A stretch of DNA of 64,000 bases, taken from contig NZ_CP134949.1 of the NCBI RefSeq assembly GCF_032116555.1, positions 2,046,001 to 2,110,000 of the forward strand, in the 5' to 3' direction. The notes under the pieces are model-generated. The model was not told where the DNA came from and searched no databases. It saw only the letters and a list, made by a program, of their open reading frames with translations. The first letter of the stretch is position 1, and each line of letters starts with the position of its first letter. Made by a program: the position numbers and the translations under genes. Of this stretch, positions 36,488-46,121 are shown in pieces. The stretch is from Halorarum halobium. GTDB lineage: Archaea; Halobacteriota; Halobacteria; Halobacteriales; Haloferacaceae.

Positions 36488-38017
36488 ATGAACCGACCGA
36501 CGGGCCGACGACTGCTGGTATCGCTCGCGGCCGGTGCCGGCGTCCTCGCCGGCACGTTCCTCGTCGCGGGGTTCACGCCGCGGTGGGTCGTTCTCGCGCT
36601 CGCACGGACCGCCTTCTTCCTCGCGCCCGATGCGTTCGTCACGTTCGGCATCCAGCGGCTCGGCGACCTGGCACGGCCGCTGCTCGTCGTCGGCACCGCG
36701 CTCGCGTCGCTGCTGCTGTTCGGCGGGCTGGCGCTCGCCGCGACGCTGGTGGCCGGCGCGCTCGGCCGGGAGCGTGCCGAGGTCGTGTTCGCGGTCGGAG
36801 TCGTCGAGACGCTTGCGGCGTTCGCGCTCACGGTCGCCCCCGTCCCCGCGCTCGTCGGCGGTGCGGTCGGCGCGGCGGTGGTCGGACTCGGCGGCCCGGG
36901 CAGCGGCGGCGACGTCGACGTCGCCCGGCGCGACCTGCTCCGGTCGGTCGCCACCGCGGCCGCAGCGGTCGGGCTCGCCGGCGCGCTCGGTGCCCGACGA
37001 GCGATGGGGAGCGGCACCGACGGCGCGGACGGACGAACGATCAGCGAGGTGGAGGACCCGCTCGTTCGGGAGCTCCTCTCGACCGCCGCGGAGCGGTCGC
37101 TCCCGCTCGATGGCGTCGACCCGCTCGTCTCCGAGCGGTTCTACGAGGTCGACGTCAATTCGGCCGACCCCGACGTCGACCCGGAGTCGTGGACCCTCTC
37201 GGTCGGCGGCGAACTGGGCGAGTCACGCGAGTACGACCTGGCGGACCTGCGGAACCGGCCCGCACGGCACCGGTTCGTCTCGCTCCGGTGTGTCGGCGAC
37301 TCGCTCAACGGGAGCAAACTCGACACGGCGCTGTGGACCGGCGTCCCGGTGATGGACCTCCTCGAGGAACTTGGCGTTTCCGACGAGGAGCCCTGCTGTG
37401 TGTACGTCCGGGCCGACGACGACTACTATCAGGAGTTCCCGCTCGACGCGCTCGAATCCGCGTTCCTCGCGTACGGGACGAACGGGCGGCCGCTCCCGAC
37501 GGGCCACGGCTTCCCCGTTCGACTGCTCGTCCCCGGCCACTGGGGCGAGATCAACCTGAAGTGGATCACCGACATCGAACTCGGCCGCGAGGAGCGGACG
37601 GGTTACTGGGAGAAGCGGGGCTGGCACGGCACCGGCCCGGTGAACACGGTGGCGAAACTCCACGGCGTCGACGTCGACGGCGGAACGGTCACGGTCGGCG
37701 GCCACGCCCACGCGGGCACCCGCGGAATCTCGGCCGTCGAGGTGTCCACCGACGGCGGCGACACCTGGACGGAGGCCGTGCTCTCGGACCCGCTCCCCGC
37801 CGCGGTTGCTGCCGACGCGGAGCCGTCGGACCCGTCCGTCGGCGACGGCGAGGCGGCCGACGCCTGGCGGATGTGGCGCCACGAGTACGAGGCGAGCGAG
37901 CCACACGAGGTCATCGCGCGCGCGACCGACGGCGATGGCGACCTGCAGGAGCGCGAGGAATCGGAGGCGTTCCCGAGCGGGGCGTCCGGGTGGGTGTCCC
38001 GACGGGTCTCCCCCTGA
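36488..38017 (+). CDS. Membrane-anchored molybdopterin oxidoreductase (sulfite oxidase family)
   Basis: N-terminal TMs; LRCVG, WTGVP, HGFPVRLLVPG..G..NLKW and YWEKRGW motifs. Confidence 0.88.
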   Translation: MNRPTGRRLLVSLAAGAGVLAGTFLVAGFTPRWVVLALARTAFFLAPDAFVTFGIQRLGDLARPLLVVGTALASLLLFGGLALAATLVAGALGRERAEVVFAVGVVETLAAFALTVAPVPALVGGAVGAAVVGLGGPGSGGDVDVARRDLLRSVATAAAAVGLAGALGARRAMGSGTDGADGRTISEVEDPLVRELLSTAAERSLPLDGVDPLVSERFYEVDVNSADPDVDPESWTLSVGGELGESREYDLADLRNRPARHRFVSLRCVGDSLNGSKLDTALWTGVPVMDLLEELGVSDEEPCCVYVRADDDYYQEFPLDALESAFLAYGTNGRPLPTGHGFPVRLLVPGHWGEINLKWITDIELGREERTGYWEKRGWHGTGPVNTVAKLHGVDVDGGTVTVGGHAHAGTRGISAVEVSTDGGDTWTEAVLSDPLPAAVAADAEPSDPSVGDGEAADAWRMWRHEYEASEPHEVIARATDGDGDLQEREESEAFPSGASGWVSRRVSP

Positions 38018-38058
38018 ACCGCAGGCATTATTAACTGTAGATCCCGATTTGCTAATCG

Positions 38059-38916
38059 ATGGGAGCCACACTCGACGGCGACGGGGGGAGACGGCACGGG
38101 CGGGCCGCACTGCTCGGCGCGCTCAGCACGGCCGCGCTGGTCGGTGCGTCCGCGCTCACGCTCGCCGCCGGTCACGAGAAACTGTTCGCCATCGCGTGGG
38201 TCGCCTTCCTCGGGATGGCGCTCGCGGGCTGGCTCGGCACGCGCGCGTCCGGGGGGAACACGGGCGCGCTCGTCTGGGGGTACGGGCTTGCGAGCGGCGC
38301 GATGGTGACGAGCGCGGCGGTGTTCCTGCTCCCGCAGGCGATGGGTCAGCATCTCACCTACGGGGGGTTCGGCGTCGCGCTCGGCCTGCTGGCCGGCTTC
38401 GGGGCGCACACGCTCGGCCACCGGCTCGCGCACATGGATCTCCCGCTCGACCGGACGATGGCGGAGCTGACCGCCCACGCCGTGGCCGCCGGGGCGATCA
38501 TCGGCATCGTTTACGGCAACATGCCGGAGCTTGGTCCCGTGCTCGGCCTGGCGATCGTCTCGCACAAGGGTCCGGCGGGCTACGCCGCGGTGACCCGCTA
38601 CGCCCGTCGGGGCGGCGACTGGCGCGCGATCTTGCTCCCCGCGGCGGGCGTCGGCGTCGCCGCCGCCGCGTCCTCGGTTCTCGCGTTGCCCGCGTCGGCC
38701 CCCGTCCGCGGGGTCGTCTTCGGCTTCGCGACCGGGGTGTTCCTCCACGTCGCCATGGACTTTCTCCCCGAGTGTGAGATCGGGAGCGAGGTCCACGAAT
38801 CGCTCTCCCGCGAGGGCGACGCCCACGCGATGCTCGACCGGATGCGCACCCACGCCGTCGCGAGCACGCTGCTTGGCGGACTGGTCGTGTTCCTCGCGTG
38901 GCTCGTCGTCGCCTGA
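38059..38916 (+). CDS. ZIP-family metal transporter
   Basis: About 8 TMs; SHKGPAG and GVFLHVAMD motifs. Confidence 0.8.
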   Translation: MGATLDGDGGRRHGRAALLGALSTAALVGASALTLAAGHEKLFAIAWVAFLGMALAGWLGTRASGGNTGALVWGYGLASGAMVTSAAVFLLPQAMGQHLTYGGFGVALGLLAGFGAHTLGHRLAHMDLPLDRTMAELTAHAVAAGAIIGIVYGNMPELGPVLGLAIVSHKGPAGYAAVTRYARRGGDWRAILLPAAGVGVAAAASSVLALPASAPVRGVVFGFATGVFLHVAMDFLPECEIGSEVHESLSREGDAHAMLDRMRTHAVASTLLGGLVVFLAWLVVA

Positions 38917-39084
38917 GTTCTCACCGGCCGATTCGTCCTCGTCCGGCTCGACCTCGCCGGACTGCCTACACCGGTGGTACCCGTCGCACGCTCCGGGAGG
39001 CCGGAGCGAGCGGGAGCGGGCCGATGTGGGACCGAATCACGCGGAAGCGCCACCGTTTTCCCGACCCGCCGGCAGCGGTGAGCC

Positions 39085-39639
39085 ATGCCAGGACCCGTCT
39101 TCCTGCGGGGCGACAGCGTCACCCTCCGCCCGGCCGAGGAGGAGGACCTCGCGTTCATCCGGCGGTGCATGAACGACCCTCGCGTCTGGCGACCGGCGCT
39201 CGACGTGAACCCGATGAACCGCGAGCAAGGAACCGAGTTCCTCGAGCGGGTCGTCTCCGACGAGGACGGGGTCCAGTGTCTCGTCTGTGACGGCGACGAG
39301 CCGCTGGGCTTCGTTTCGCTGACCGGGAGCCGGTACGGCCCGGACGAGACGTCCCGGTCGCGCTCGGCGGAACTCGCCTACTGGCTCGCTCCCGAGCGCC
39401 ACGGACAGGGCTACGGCTCCGACGCGGCGGCCCGGATGGTCCGGTACGCGTTCGAGGACCGGAACCTGCGCCGCGTCGGCGCCCGCCTCGGGAGCTTCAA
39501 CGACGCCTCGGCCGCGCTGCTGGAGTCGCTCGGGTTCGAGCACGAGGGCACGCTGCGGGAGGCCGCGTGGTTCCGCGGCGAGTACCACGACGTGCTCCGG
39601 TACGGGCTGCTCCGCGAGGACTGGCGCGACCGACGGTAG
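39085..39639 (+). CDS. RimJ/RimL-type GNAT acetyltransferase
   Basis: ELAYWL...GQGYGS and NDASAALLESLGFEHEG.LRE motifs. Confidence 0.9.
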   Translation: MPGPVFLRGDSVTLRPAEEEDLAFIRRCMNDPRVWRPALDVNPMNREQGTEFLERVVSDEDGVQCLVCDGDEPLGFVSLTGSRYGPDETSRSRSAELAYWLAPERHGQGYGSDAAARMVRYAFEDRNLRRVGARLGSFNDASAALLESLGFEHEGTLREAAWFRGEYHDVLRYGLLREDWRDRR

Positions 39640-39660
39640 CGCCCGGGACCGACCTCCTGG

Positions 39661-39954
39661 TCACCGAAGTCGGCGCACCTGCACCGAGATGCCGTATCCC
39701 GCGAGCAGCAGCAGCGCGAGGTTGAACACGGCGTGGAACAGCGACCGGTACTCGCGGACCACCCAGCGGTCGATGGTGGTCGACGCGGCGAGGTAGAACC
39801 GGAGGCCGGCGACGAGCGCGAGCAGGACGAGCCCCGCCAGCGCGAGCCGGTTGAGCAGGTACCGGAGGTCGCGGCCGCCGCTCGCCTCGTCGTCCTCGTC
39901 CGTCGGGCGGTTCTCCGTCGGTTCCGTCGAGGTGGATGAGTGGGTGTCAGTCAT
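39661..39954 (-). CDS. Small two-TM hypothetical protein
   Basis: Overlaps the stop of the PGF-CTERM gene; two hydrophobic helices. Confidence 0.7.
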   Translation of the reverse strand: MTDTHSSTSTEPTENRPTDEDDEASGGRDLRYLLNRLALAGLVLLALVAGLRFYLAASTTIDRWVVREYRSLFHAVFNLALLLLAGYGISVQVRRLR

Positions 39955-40954
39955 CGGGATTCCTCCGTGCGAGCAGCGCGGCGGCCAGCAGCGCGAACAC
40001 CGCCAGGCCGGCCGTGAAGCCGGGCGTCTGGGTGGCGGTCGCGCGGGCGGGCTGTTCGGTTACGCGGTCCCCGGCCCCGTCGTCGGCGAAGTCGCCGACG
40101 CGGAACTCGACCTCGCGCTCGGTCTCGTTGGCAGAGATGGTCTCGCGCGGGTCCAGGTTGGCGACCGAGCGGGCCGAGTCGACGAGGACGCCGTCCTTGT
40201 ACAGCGCGGCGTCGACGTAGTAGTTGTACTCGGTCGGCACCGTCAGCGTCGCCGCCTCGTCGGCCGTCCGACCGGGGCGGATGGAGCCGACCTCGATCTC
40301 CGTCCGGTCGGCGACGAGGTTCGAGTCGGCCTGCCGGAGGATGAGCTCCACGCGCAGGTCCTCGCTCGCCTCGTCGCCGGCGTTCGTCAGCGAGGCGGCG
40401 ACGCGGAGCGTCGTCCGGTTGCCCGTCGCGGAATCGACCGAGACGGCCAGCGGCGGAACGACGTCGCTCTCGGTGAACCGGACGTCCGTCTCGGCGTAGG
40501 CCGGGACGAGCGCCCGCATCCCCTGCACCTCGGTGGTCGACCGATCGACGAGTTCCCCGTCCCGGAAGATCGTGGTCTCCAGCCGGTAGCCGCCCTCGCG
40601 TTCGACGCGGAGGCTGGCGTTCACCGGCACGGAGCCGTCGCCCCGCAGGGTGCTCATCTCGACGGTTTGCTCGTCGGCGAGCAGTCCCGACTCGGCGTCG
40701 TAGGCCCGGAACCGAACGGTGACGTTCCCGGTCGGGTTGCCGTCGTGGTCGATGCGTGCGTGGAGGCGGAGTTCCGCCGTCGCGCCGCCCACGTCGCCCG
40801 GTGCGACGGCGACTTCCTCGACGCCGACGGGGCCCGGCCGGATCGGGTCGTCAGCGGCGGGGGAGGCGAGGACCCCCGGTCCGAGCATGGCTCCGAGGAG
40901 GGCGAGCGCGAGCAGGACGGCGGCAGATCCCGCCAGATACCTCTCGCGTGACAC
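39947..40954 (-). CDS. PGF-CTERM-anchored cell-surface protein (archaeosortase substrate)
   Basis: GTG start with signal peptide; two repeated beta-rich domains; TPGF-TM-RR C-terminus. Confidence 0.85.
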   Translation of the reverse strand: MSRERYLAGSAAVLLALALLGAMLGPGVLASPAADDPIRPGPVGVEEVAVAPGDVGGATAELRLHARIDHDGNPTGNVTVRFRAYDAESGLLADEQTVEMSTLRGDGSVPVNASLRVEREGGYRLETTIFRDGELVDRSTTEVQGMRALVPAYAETDVRFTESDVVPPLAVSVDSATGNRTTLRVAASLTNAGDEASEDLRVELILRQADSNLVADRTEIEVGSIRPGRTADEAATLTVPTEYNYYVDAALYKDGVLVDSARSVANLDPRETISANETEREVEFRVGDFADDGAGDRVTEQPARATATQTPGFTAGLAVFALLAAALLARRNPDD

Positions 40955-41084
40955 GGGAGCGGCTTCTCGAACTCGGGGTATATGCTTTGTGCACTGACCT
41001 GTTGGGCGGGGCTCGGGCGGGCGTCGGCGCTTTCGGACGCGAGCCGCCGGTACCGTTATCGGCCCCGCGAGCCGTCTTCCGTCC

Positions 41085-41483
41085 ATGCTGTTCGTGCTTG
41101 CCACCGACTCGGTCTCGACGAGCGCCGTCGTCTGTTCGTACCTGCGGGACCGCCTGCGCGCGGACGACGAAGTTCACGCGGTGAACTCGAAGGAGGGCGG
41201 GGGTGCCACGGCCGCCGACGAGATGCGGGCCGGGGAGGACGCCCTGGAGGCCGTCGTGGACGAGCTCGGCGACGACGTGACCGTCGAGACCCACCAGTAC
41301 GTCCGCGGGAACGAGCCGGCCGAGGACGTGCTGGCACACGCGGAGAAGGTCGACGCGGACGAACTCGTCATGGGGATTCGCAAGCGGAACCCGACCTCGA
41401 AGATCGTCTTCGGGAGCGTCGCCCAGGATCTGCTGCTGGAGTCGAACCTGCCGATGCGCGTGGTCCCCCGGGAATCGGTGTGA
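41085..41483 (+). CDS. Universal stress protein
   Basis: VLATD start, GIRKR...FGSVAQ, PMRVVP end. Confidence 0.88.
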   Translation: MLFVLATDSVSTSAVVCSYLRDRLRADDEVHAVNSKEGGGATAADEMRAGEDALEAVVDELGDDVTVETHQYVRGNEPAEDVLAHAEKVDADELVMGIRKRNPTSKIVFGSVAQDLLLESNLPMRVVPRESV

Positions 41484-41542
41484 TCGGCGTTCGAGTCGTT
41501 CGGAACGGTCGGGCCACGTTGGAACTGCATTCGCGTGAGGAC

Positions 41543-41700
41543 CGCCTCGAAAGCTCCCGCGGTGCCCGACTCGGTGCGCCTGCTGTGCTCCTCAGTCGCT
41601 CACTTCGTTCGCTCGTGAACGCCGCGCGCCGCGCGGGCTGATGGGCTGTTGGGGTCCGTGCGTGCCACCGCGGCTCCGTCCGCGCCGGCACGCGCCACCC
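41543..41700. repeat. Palindromic intergenic element, copy E (partial)
   Basis: CGCCTCGAAAGCTCCCGCGGTGCCCGACTCGGTGCG terminus; CCGGCACGCGCC as in copy D. Confidence 0.7.
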
Positions 41701-41773
41701 CACTGGGACGGTCGAACGGCCGAACCGAATCCGAAAGTCCGTCGGCAGCACCACTCGACCGCGCGGAACCGGC

Positions 41774-43000
41774 CTACCGAACCAGTTCCTCGGCGAGCGT
41801 CGGCACGAACATCCCGACGTCGGTCACCATCCCCACCGCCTGCGCCGAACCCCTGTCGAGCAACTGCGTGACGGTTGCCGGGTTGATGTCGACGCAGACG
41901 ACCCGGGTCGTCGAGGGGAGACAGTTCCCCACGGCGACCGAGTGGAGCAGCGACGAGAGCATGAGCACGAGGTCCGCATCGTGGGCTTGCTCCCTGATGG
42001 CGTTCTGTGCCTCCACCGCGTCGGTGATGGTGTCGGGCAGCGGCCCGTCGTCACGGATCGAGCCGGCGAGCACGAACTCGCGGTCGTTCGTGACGCACTC
42101 GTACATCACGCCCTCGTCGACGAGCCCCTCCTCCACCGCCGCCTCGATGCCGCCCGCCCGCGCGACCTGGCTGATGGTGTAGATGTGGTGCTTGTGGCCC
42201 TTCCGGGGGTGCTCCATCGTCTCCACGTCCATCCCGAGCGAGGTGCCGTACATCGAGCGCTCCATGTCGTGGACGGCGAAGCCGTTGCCGGCGGAGACGG
42301 CGTCGACGTAGCCCTCGCGCACCAGTTCGGCGAGCGCGGGGCCGGCGCCCGAGTGGATGACCGCCGGGCCGGCGACGACGAGCACGTCACCGCCCTCCGC
42401 CTTCGTCTCCGCGATGGATTCGGCGACCCGGCGGATGGTCGACTCGGACGGGCGCTCGGCCGAGACGCCGCCGCGCATGAACCCGAACGGGCCGGACGAC
42501 CCCCGCGGTCGCTCGGGCGGCTTGACCCTGATACCGGCATCGCCCGTGACGACGTGGTCGCCCGCTTCGATGGCGTTGAGCACCTTCGTTCGTGCCCGCG
42601 TCGGTTCGCCCTCGTCCTCGACGACCACCGCACAGTCCATCTCAATGTTCCCGACCGGCACCCACTCGCCGTCGACGCGCACGTCGGTCGGGTGGTTCGT
42701 CGTCGAGTAGAACCCGTCCGGGACGACGCGGTCGGCCGGAGCCGGCTGCAGGGTCGCGTCCGTCGGCGCAGCCAGGGTCGCGCCCGACTGGTGGAGTTCG
42801 TGCAGGATCGGATGCAGGCCGGCCTCGTCGGCGGCGAACACTCTGAGCCGACAGTAGGACGCCTCGTCGCTGTGTTTCCCGACCCGGAACTCCTCGACCT
42901 CGAACTCCCCGCCCATGTCCATCACGACGGTGAACGCCCGCTCCATCAGCCCGGAGTCGATGATGTGACCCTCGAGTTCGACCACCTCGCTCGTGCTCAT
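41774..43000 (-). CDS. TIGR00300/LOR-SDH-domain ornithine cyclodeaminase-like protein
   Basis: LEGHIIDS, FYSTTNHPT, EMDC, GSIRDDGPLPD, LHSVAVGN and DRGSAQ motifs. Confidence 0.88.
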   Translation of the reverse strand: MSTSEVVELEGHIIDSGLMERAFTVVMDMGGEFEVEEFRVGKHSDEASYCRLRVFAADEAGLHPILHELHQSGATLAAPTDATLQPAPADRVVPDGFYSTTNHPTDVRVDGEWVPVGNIEMDCAVVVEDEGEPTRARTKVLNAIEAGDHVVTGDAGIRVKPPERPRGSSGPFGFMRGGVSAERPSESTIRRVAESIAETKAEGGDVLVVAGPAVIHSGAGPALAELVREGYVDAVSAGNGFAVHDMERSMYGTSLGMDVETMEHPRKGHKHHIYTISQVARAGGIEAAVEEGLVDEGVMYECVTNDREFVLAGSIRDDGPLPDTITDAVEAQNAIREQAHDADLVLMLSSLLHSVAVGNCLPSTTRVVCVDINPATVTQLLDRGSAQAVGMVTDVGMFVPTLAEELVR

Positions 43001-43060
43001 GACTGGTTCTGGGAGGCGGGCCGTTGAAAAGGTAGCTTCGACGGCGAGTACGGCCCGGCG

Positions 43061-43990
43061 CTATCGAGCCCGCTCCCCCTCGTCGAACGTTGCCCGCAGG
43101 AAGGCGAGCTGGTGGTCGAACAGTTCGGGGAACGCCCCGTGAGAGGCGTCGAAGTGGCCCATCCGCTTGGAGACGAGCGTCGCGTCCGGGAGCGTCTCGA
43201 CCAGGCTCTCGACCGCGCCGTACGGGTGGAGTTCGTCCTCGGTGCCGGCGATCACGAGCGTCGGCGCGGTCACGTCCGCAGCGACCGCGATGGGACGGTA
43301 GCGCGGAAGCGCGAGCAGCGTCCGGGCACGCGTTCGGTTCCGCCAGCGCGACTCCCGCGGGATGAGTCGGACGTACGCGTCCTTCGCGCCCGGTTCGTTC
43401 AACAGCGCGAACTCGTCGGGGTCGCCGTACACCTTCACCTCGTGCGTTCGGCCGAACCGTCCGCCGAGCCGGTCACGGAGCCCCGACGCCAGCGCGCGGA
43501 GAACGTACCGGGGGGACTTCGCCCGGAGGAGTTTCCGGCCGTCCAGCAGCGGAACCTGCGTGACCACCGCGTCCACGTCGCTCCGCTCGGCCGCGAGCGT
43601 CAGCACGTAGCCGCCCGAGAGCCCGGTCCCCCAGAGTGCCCGTGCGTCGCCGACGCCCCGAAATCCCGCCGCGGCACGGTCGAGCGCGGCCCGCCAGTCC
43701 TCGAGCTGGCCGTCGGGAAGCACCAGTGGCTCCCCCGCCGAGCCGTCGAAGCCGCGGTAGTCGAACGTGAACGCGGCGATGCCGGCCGCGGCGAACCGCT
43801 CCGCGTAGCGCGGGAGCCCGAAGTTCGCCTCGGCGGCCAGCCCGTTGGCCATGACGACGAGCGGCGGGTCGGTCCCCTCCGCTGGGAGATACAGCGTCCC
43901 CGTACAGGAGTCACCGTCCGAGTCGAACGCGACCCGCCGGGTGGCGAACGACTCGCGGGAGGGTTCCCGTTCCAGGCGGTCACCGGCCAT
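43061..43990 (-). CDS. Alpha/beta hydrolase
   Basis: FDYRGF.GS.G, WGTGLSGG nucleophile-elbow-like motif, GHF. Confidence 0.8.
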   Translation of the reverse strand: MAGDRLEREPSRESFATRRVAFDSDGDSCTGTLYLPAEGTDPPLVVMANGLAAEANFGLPRYAERFAAAGIAAFTFDYRGFDGSAGEPLVLPDGQLEDWRAALDRAAAGFRGVGDARALWGTGLSGGYVLTLAAERSDVDAVVTQVPLLDGRKLLRAKSPRYVLRALASGLRDRLGGRFGRTHEVKVYGDPDEFALLNEPGAKDAYVRLIPRESRWRNRTRARTLLALPRYRPIAVAADVTAPTLVIAGTEDELHPYGAVESLVETLPDATLVSKRMGHFDASHGAFPELFDHQLAFLRATFDEGERAR

Positions 43991-44304
43991 ACCGTACGGT
44001 ATCACGTCGGGCGACTTACCGGTTCCGGGCAGTAGCGGTCACGCGCGGTTCCGGTCGGCAGAACGGACGGCGAGGTCTGGCGGACGGGGGGATGACATGT
44101 CAGAGGCACACGTGTCCGCCGGACCAATCGCCACCGAAGTGGGAACGCCGGCTGACTTAATTGCTCGGTGAAATCAGGTTCACACGACTTCGGCTGCCGG
44201 TCCGGATCGCCGCCACCCGCTCGGAATTCGGCGACCTCGGGAGTCCGCTCACCGTCCGAGGACGGATCGACGGATGCCGGTCGACATCTCGCCGCCGCGG
44301 GGTC

Positions 44305-44736
44305 TCACCGGCTCTCGTCCGCCCGCGGGAGACTGACCACGGGGACCGGCGATTCCGTGACGAGTCGGAGGGCGACGTCGCCCGAGAGGTACCGAACCAG
44401 CCGACCGCCCTCACGCGGGGAGAACACGACCGCGGTCGAACCGGTCGCCGCCGCGGTTTCCAGGATGCCGTCGACGACGTCCTCGTCGAACACGCGACGG
44501 GACTCGACGGTCGGGCCGTCGAGCACGGCCTCGAACGCGGCGTGTGACTCGTCGATGACGCCCTCTCCCCCCTCGCCGCCAGCATCGGCCGGCGTGCCGT
44601 CGGCCCTCTCGACGACGTGGACGACCGTGACGCGGTCGACGTCGGCGGCGTATCGGTCGAGCGCCCGCGCCGTCATTCGGGCGTCGTCCGGCGACACGAC
44701 GGGGACGAGGACCGACCGTAGGAGCTCGGTACTCAC
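44305..44736 (-). CDS. Universal stress protein
   Basis: VLVPV start, SGDVALRLV, PVPVVSLP end. Confidence 0.85.
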   Translation of the reverse strand: MSTELLRSVLVPVVSPDDARMTARALDRYAADVDRVTVVHVVERADGTPADAGGEGGEGVIDESHAAFEAVLDGPTVESRRVFDEDVVDGILETAAATGSTAVVFSPREGGRLVRYLSGDVALRLVTESPVPVVSLPRADESR

Positions 44737-44910
44737 GCGCGCTCACCCGCAAGGGGGTCCCGGCACCGGGAAGTCCTGATCTGGTTCACGGCCGGCAGGT
44801 CGGTCCCGGCTCGTTTAATGATGGCCCTCCACGACCGCTACTTCGTGGCGGTCGATCGGCTAGGTCGAAACTCGACGGAAAACCGGATCGGCGAGTCGGT
44901 CGAACGCGTC

Positions 44911-45102
44911 TCAGCGAACGTCCGACAGCGACACGGCGTCCTCACAGCCCGCGGTCAGCCAGGCTGTCTCCAGCGCGTCGGGCGAGTAGACGGTTACCGA
45001 ACTGGGGTGGTCGCCGTCGTCGAGGAGGTAGCTGAGGTCGAACTCCGGCAGCTCGTCCAGCGTGCGGTCCGTCCCGTTCGGTAGCCCGTCCGTCGCGCTC
45101 AT
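44911..45102 (-). CDS. Small conserved haloarchaeal hypothetical protein (63 aa)
   Basis: MSATDG...DDGDHPSSVTVYSPD...TAWLTA...AVSLSDVR; TATATA box upstream. Confidence 0.7.
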   Translation of the reverse strand: MSATDGLPNGTDRTLDELPEFDLSYLLDDGDHPSSVTVYSPDALETAWLTAGCEDAVSLSDVR

Positions 45103-45273
45103 CAGCCGTACGGGCGAACTCGCCGTATATACCTCTTGTTCGCCGCGTATCAGGGTTGAGAGATTGCGTCGCCGGGAGAGCCGAACGCCCGTTTCTGTTC
45201 GCTGTCGCGTGGGGGTCTCCGACCCCACGTCCCCTGGTATGATATGGAACCAACACTTGGTCCCCGATGATCC

Positions 45274-46116
45274 ATGGGCCACCAGCGTGAGACCGGAGTC
45301 AGTGCCGAACCCGACGATGTGGAGGCGGAACTCCGCCTCATACGCGAGGACATCCGGGAGTCCTCACGTCACCTCGAGGAGCAGAGCCAGCGGAAACGAG
45401 CCGAGAACATCCACGTCCTCGTGGCGGTGTCGGTCCTGGGCGGCTACGCCACGATCTATCAGTCGGTCTCGATCGAACCGGCGATCTGGTCGGCGGTGCT
45501 GCGGACGTTCGTCGGCCTGTCCGCGATATTTCTCCTCGCGAAGCTCACGACGATCACGTTTCGCCCGGTGTCGGATCGGGAACTCGTCACCTACGTCGAC
45601 GAGATCATCGAACCGATCGTCTACATCCTCTCGTTGTACGGCATCATCTCGGCGAGCATCGTGATTCACCTCCTCGAGACGTTCGACCTGCGTCAGAACG
45701 CGCTCGTCAACGCGCTCGGAGCCGGCTTCGTCGCCGCCTCGCTGCTGGTAGCAACGACGTACTACGTTCGGCTCACGGTCGGTACCATGTACGAGGAGCG
45801 GTACGGGCGCGCCGAGGACGTGTACGAGAACATCGACGACATCCTGACCGGGCTCGTCCGGCAATCCGCGATGGCACCGACGCAGGCGCGCGCGTTCCGC
45901 GCCCGTCTCGACGAACTGCTCGTTCCCGACGGCGAAGCAACCGTCCTCGACGAACTGCGGGTTCTCGTTCCCTGGAGCGGACACGAACCGGTCGGGGAAG
46001 CCGCACAACTGATGCTGTTGAACAAGTTTCGGAACCTCCAGAACATGCGGCGGATCCCACCCGAGGAGCTCGAAGCGATCGATGAGTATCTCCAGGAACT
46101 CGAAACGGACACCTGA
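45274..46116 (+). CDS. Hypothetical membrane protein (about 4 TMs plus soluble C-terminus)
   Basis: 280-aa acidic ORF with visibly more A/T-ending codons than its neighbours. Confidence 0.7.
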   Translation: MGHQRETGVSAEPDDVEAELRLIREDIRESSRHLEEQSQRKRAENIHVLVAVSVLGGYATIYQSVSIEPAIWSAVLRTFVGLSAIFLLAKLTTITFRPVSDRELVTYVDEIIEPIVYILSLYGIISASIVIHLLETFDLRQNALVNALGAGFVAASLLVATTYYVRLTVGTMYEERYGRAEDVYENIDDILTGLVRQSAMAPTQARAFRARLDELLVPDGEATVLDELRVLVPWSGHEPVGEAAQLMLLNKFRNLQNMRRIPPEELEAIDEYLQELETDT

Positions 46117-46121
46117 GGTCC

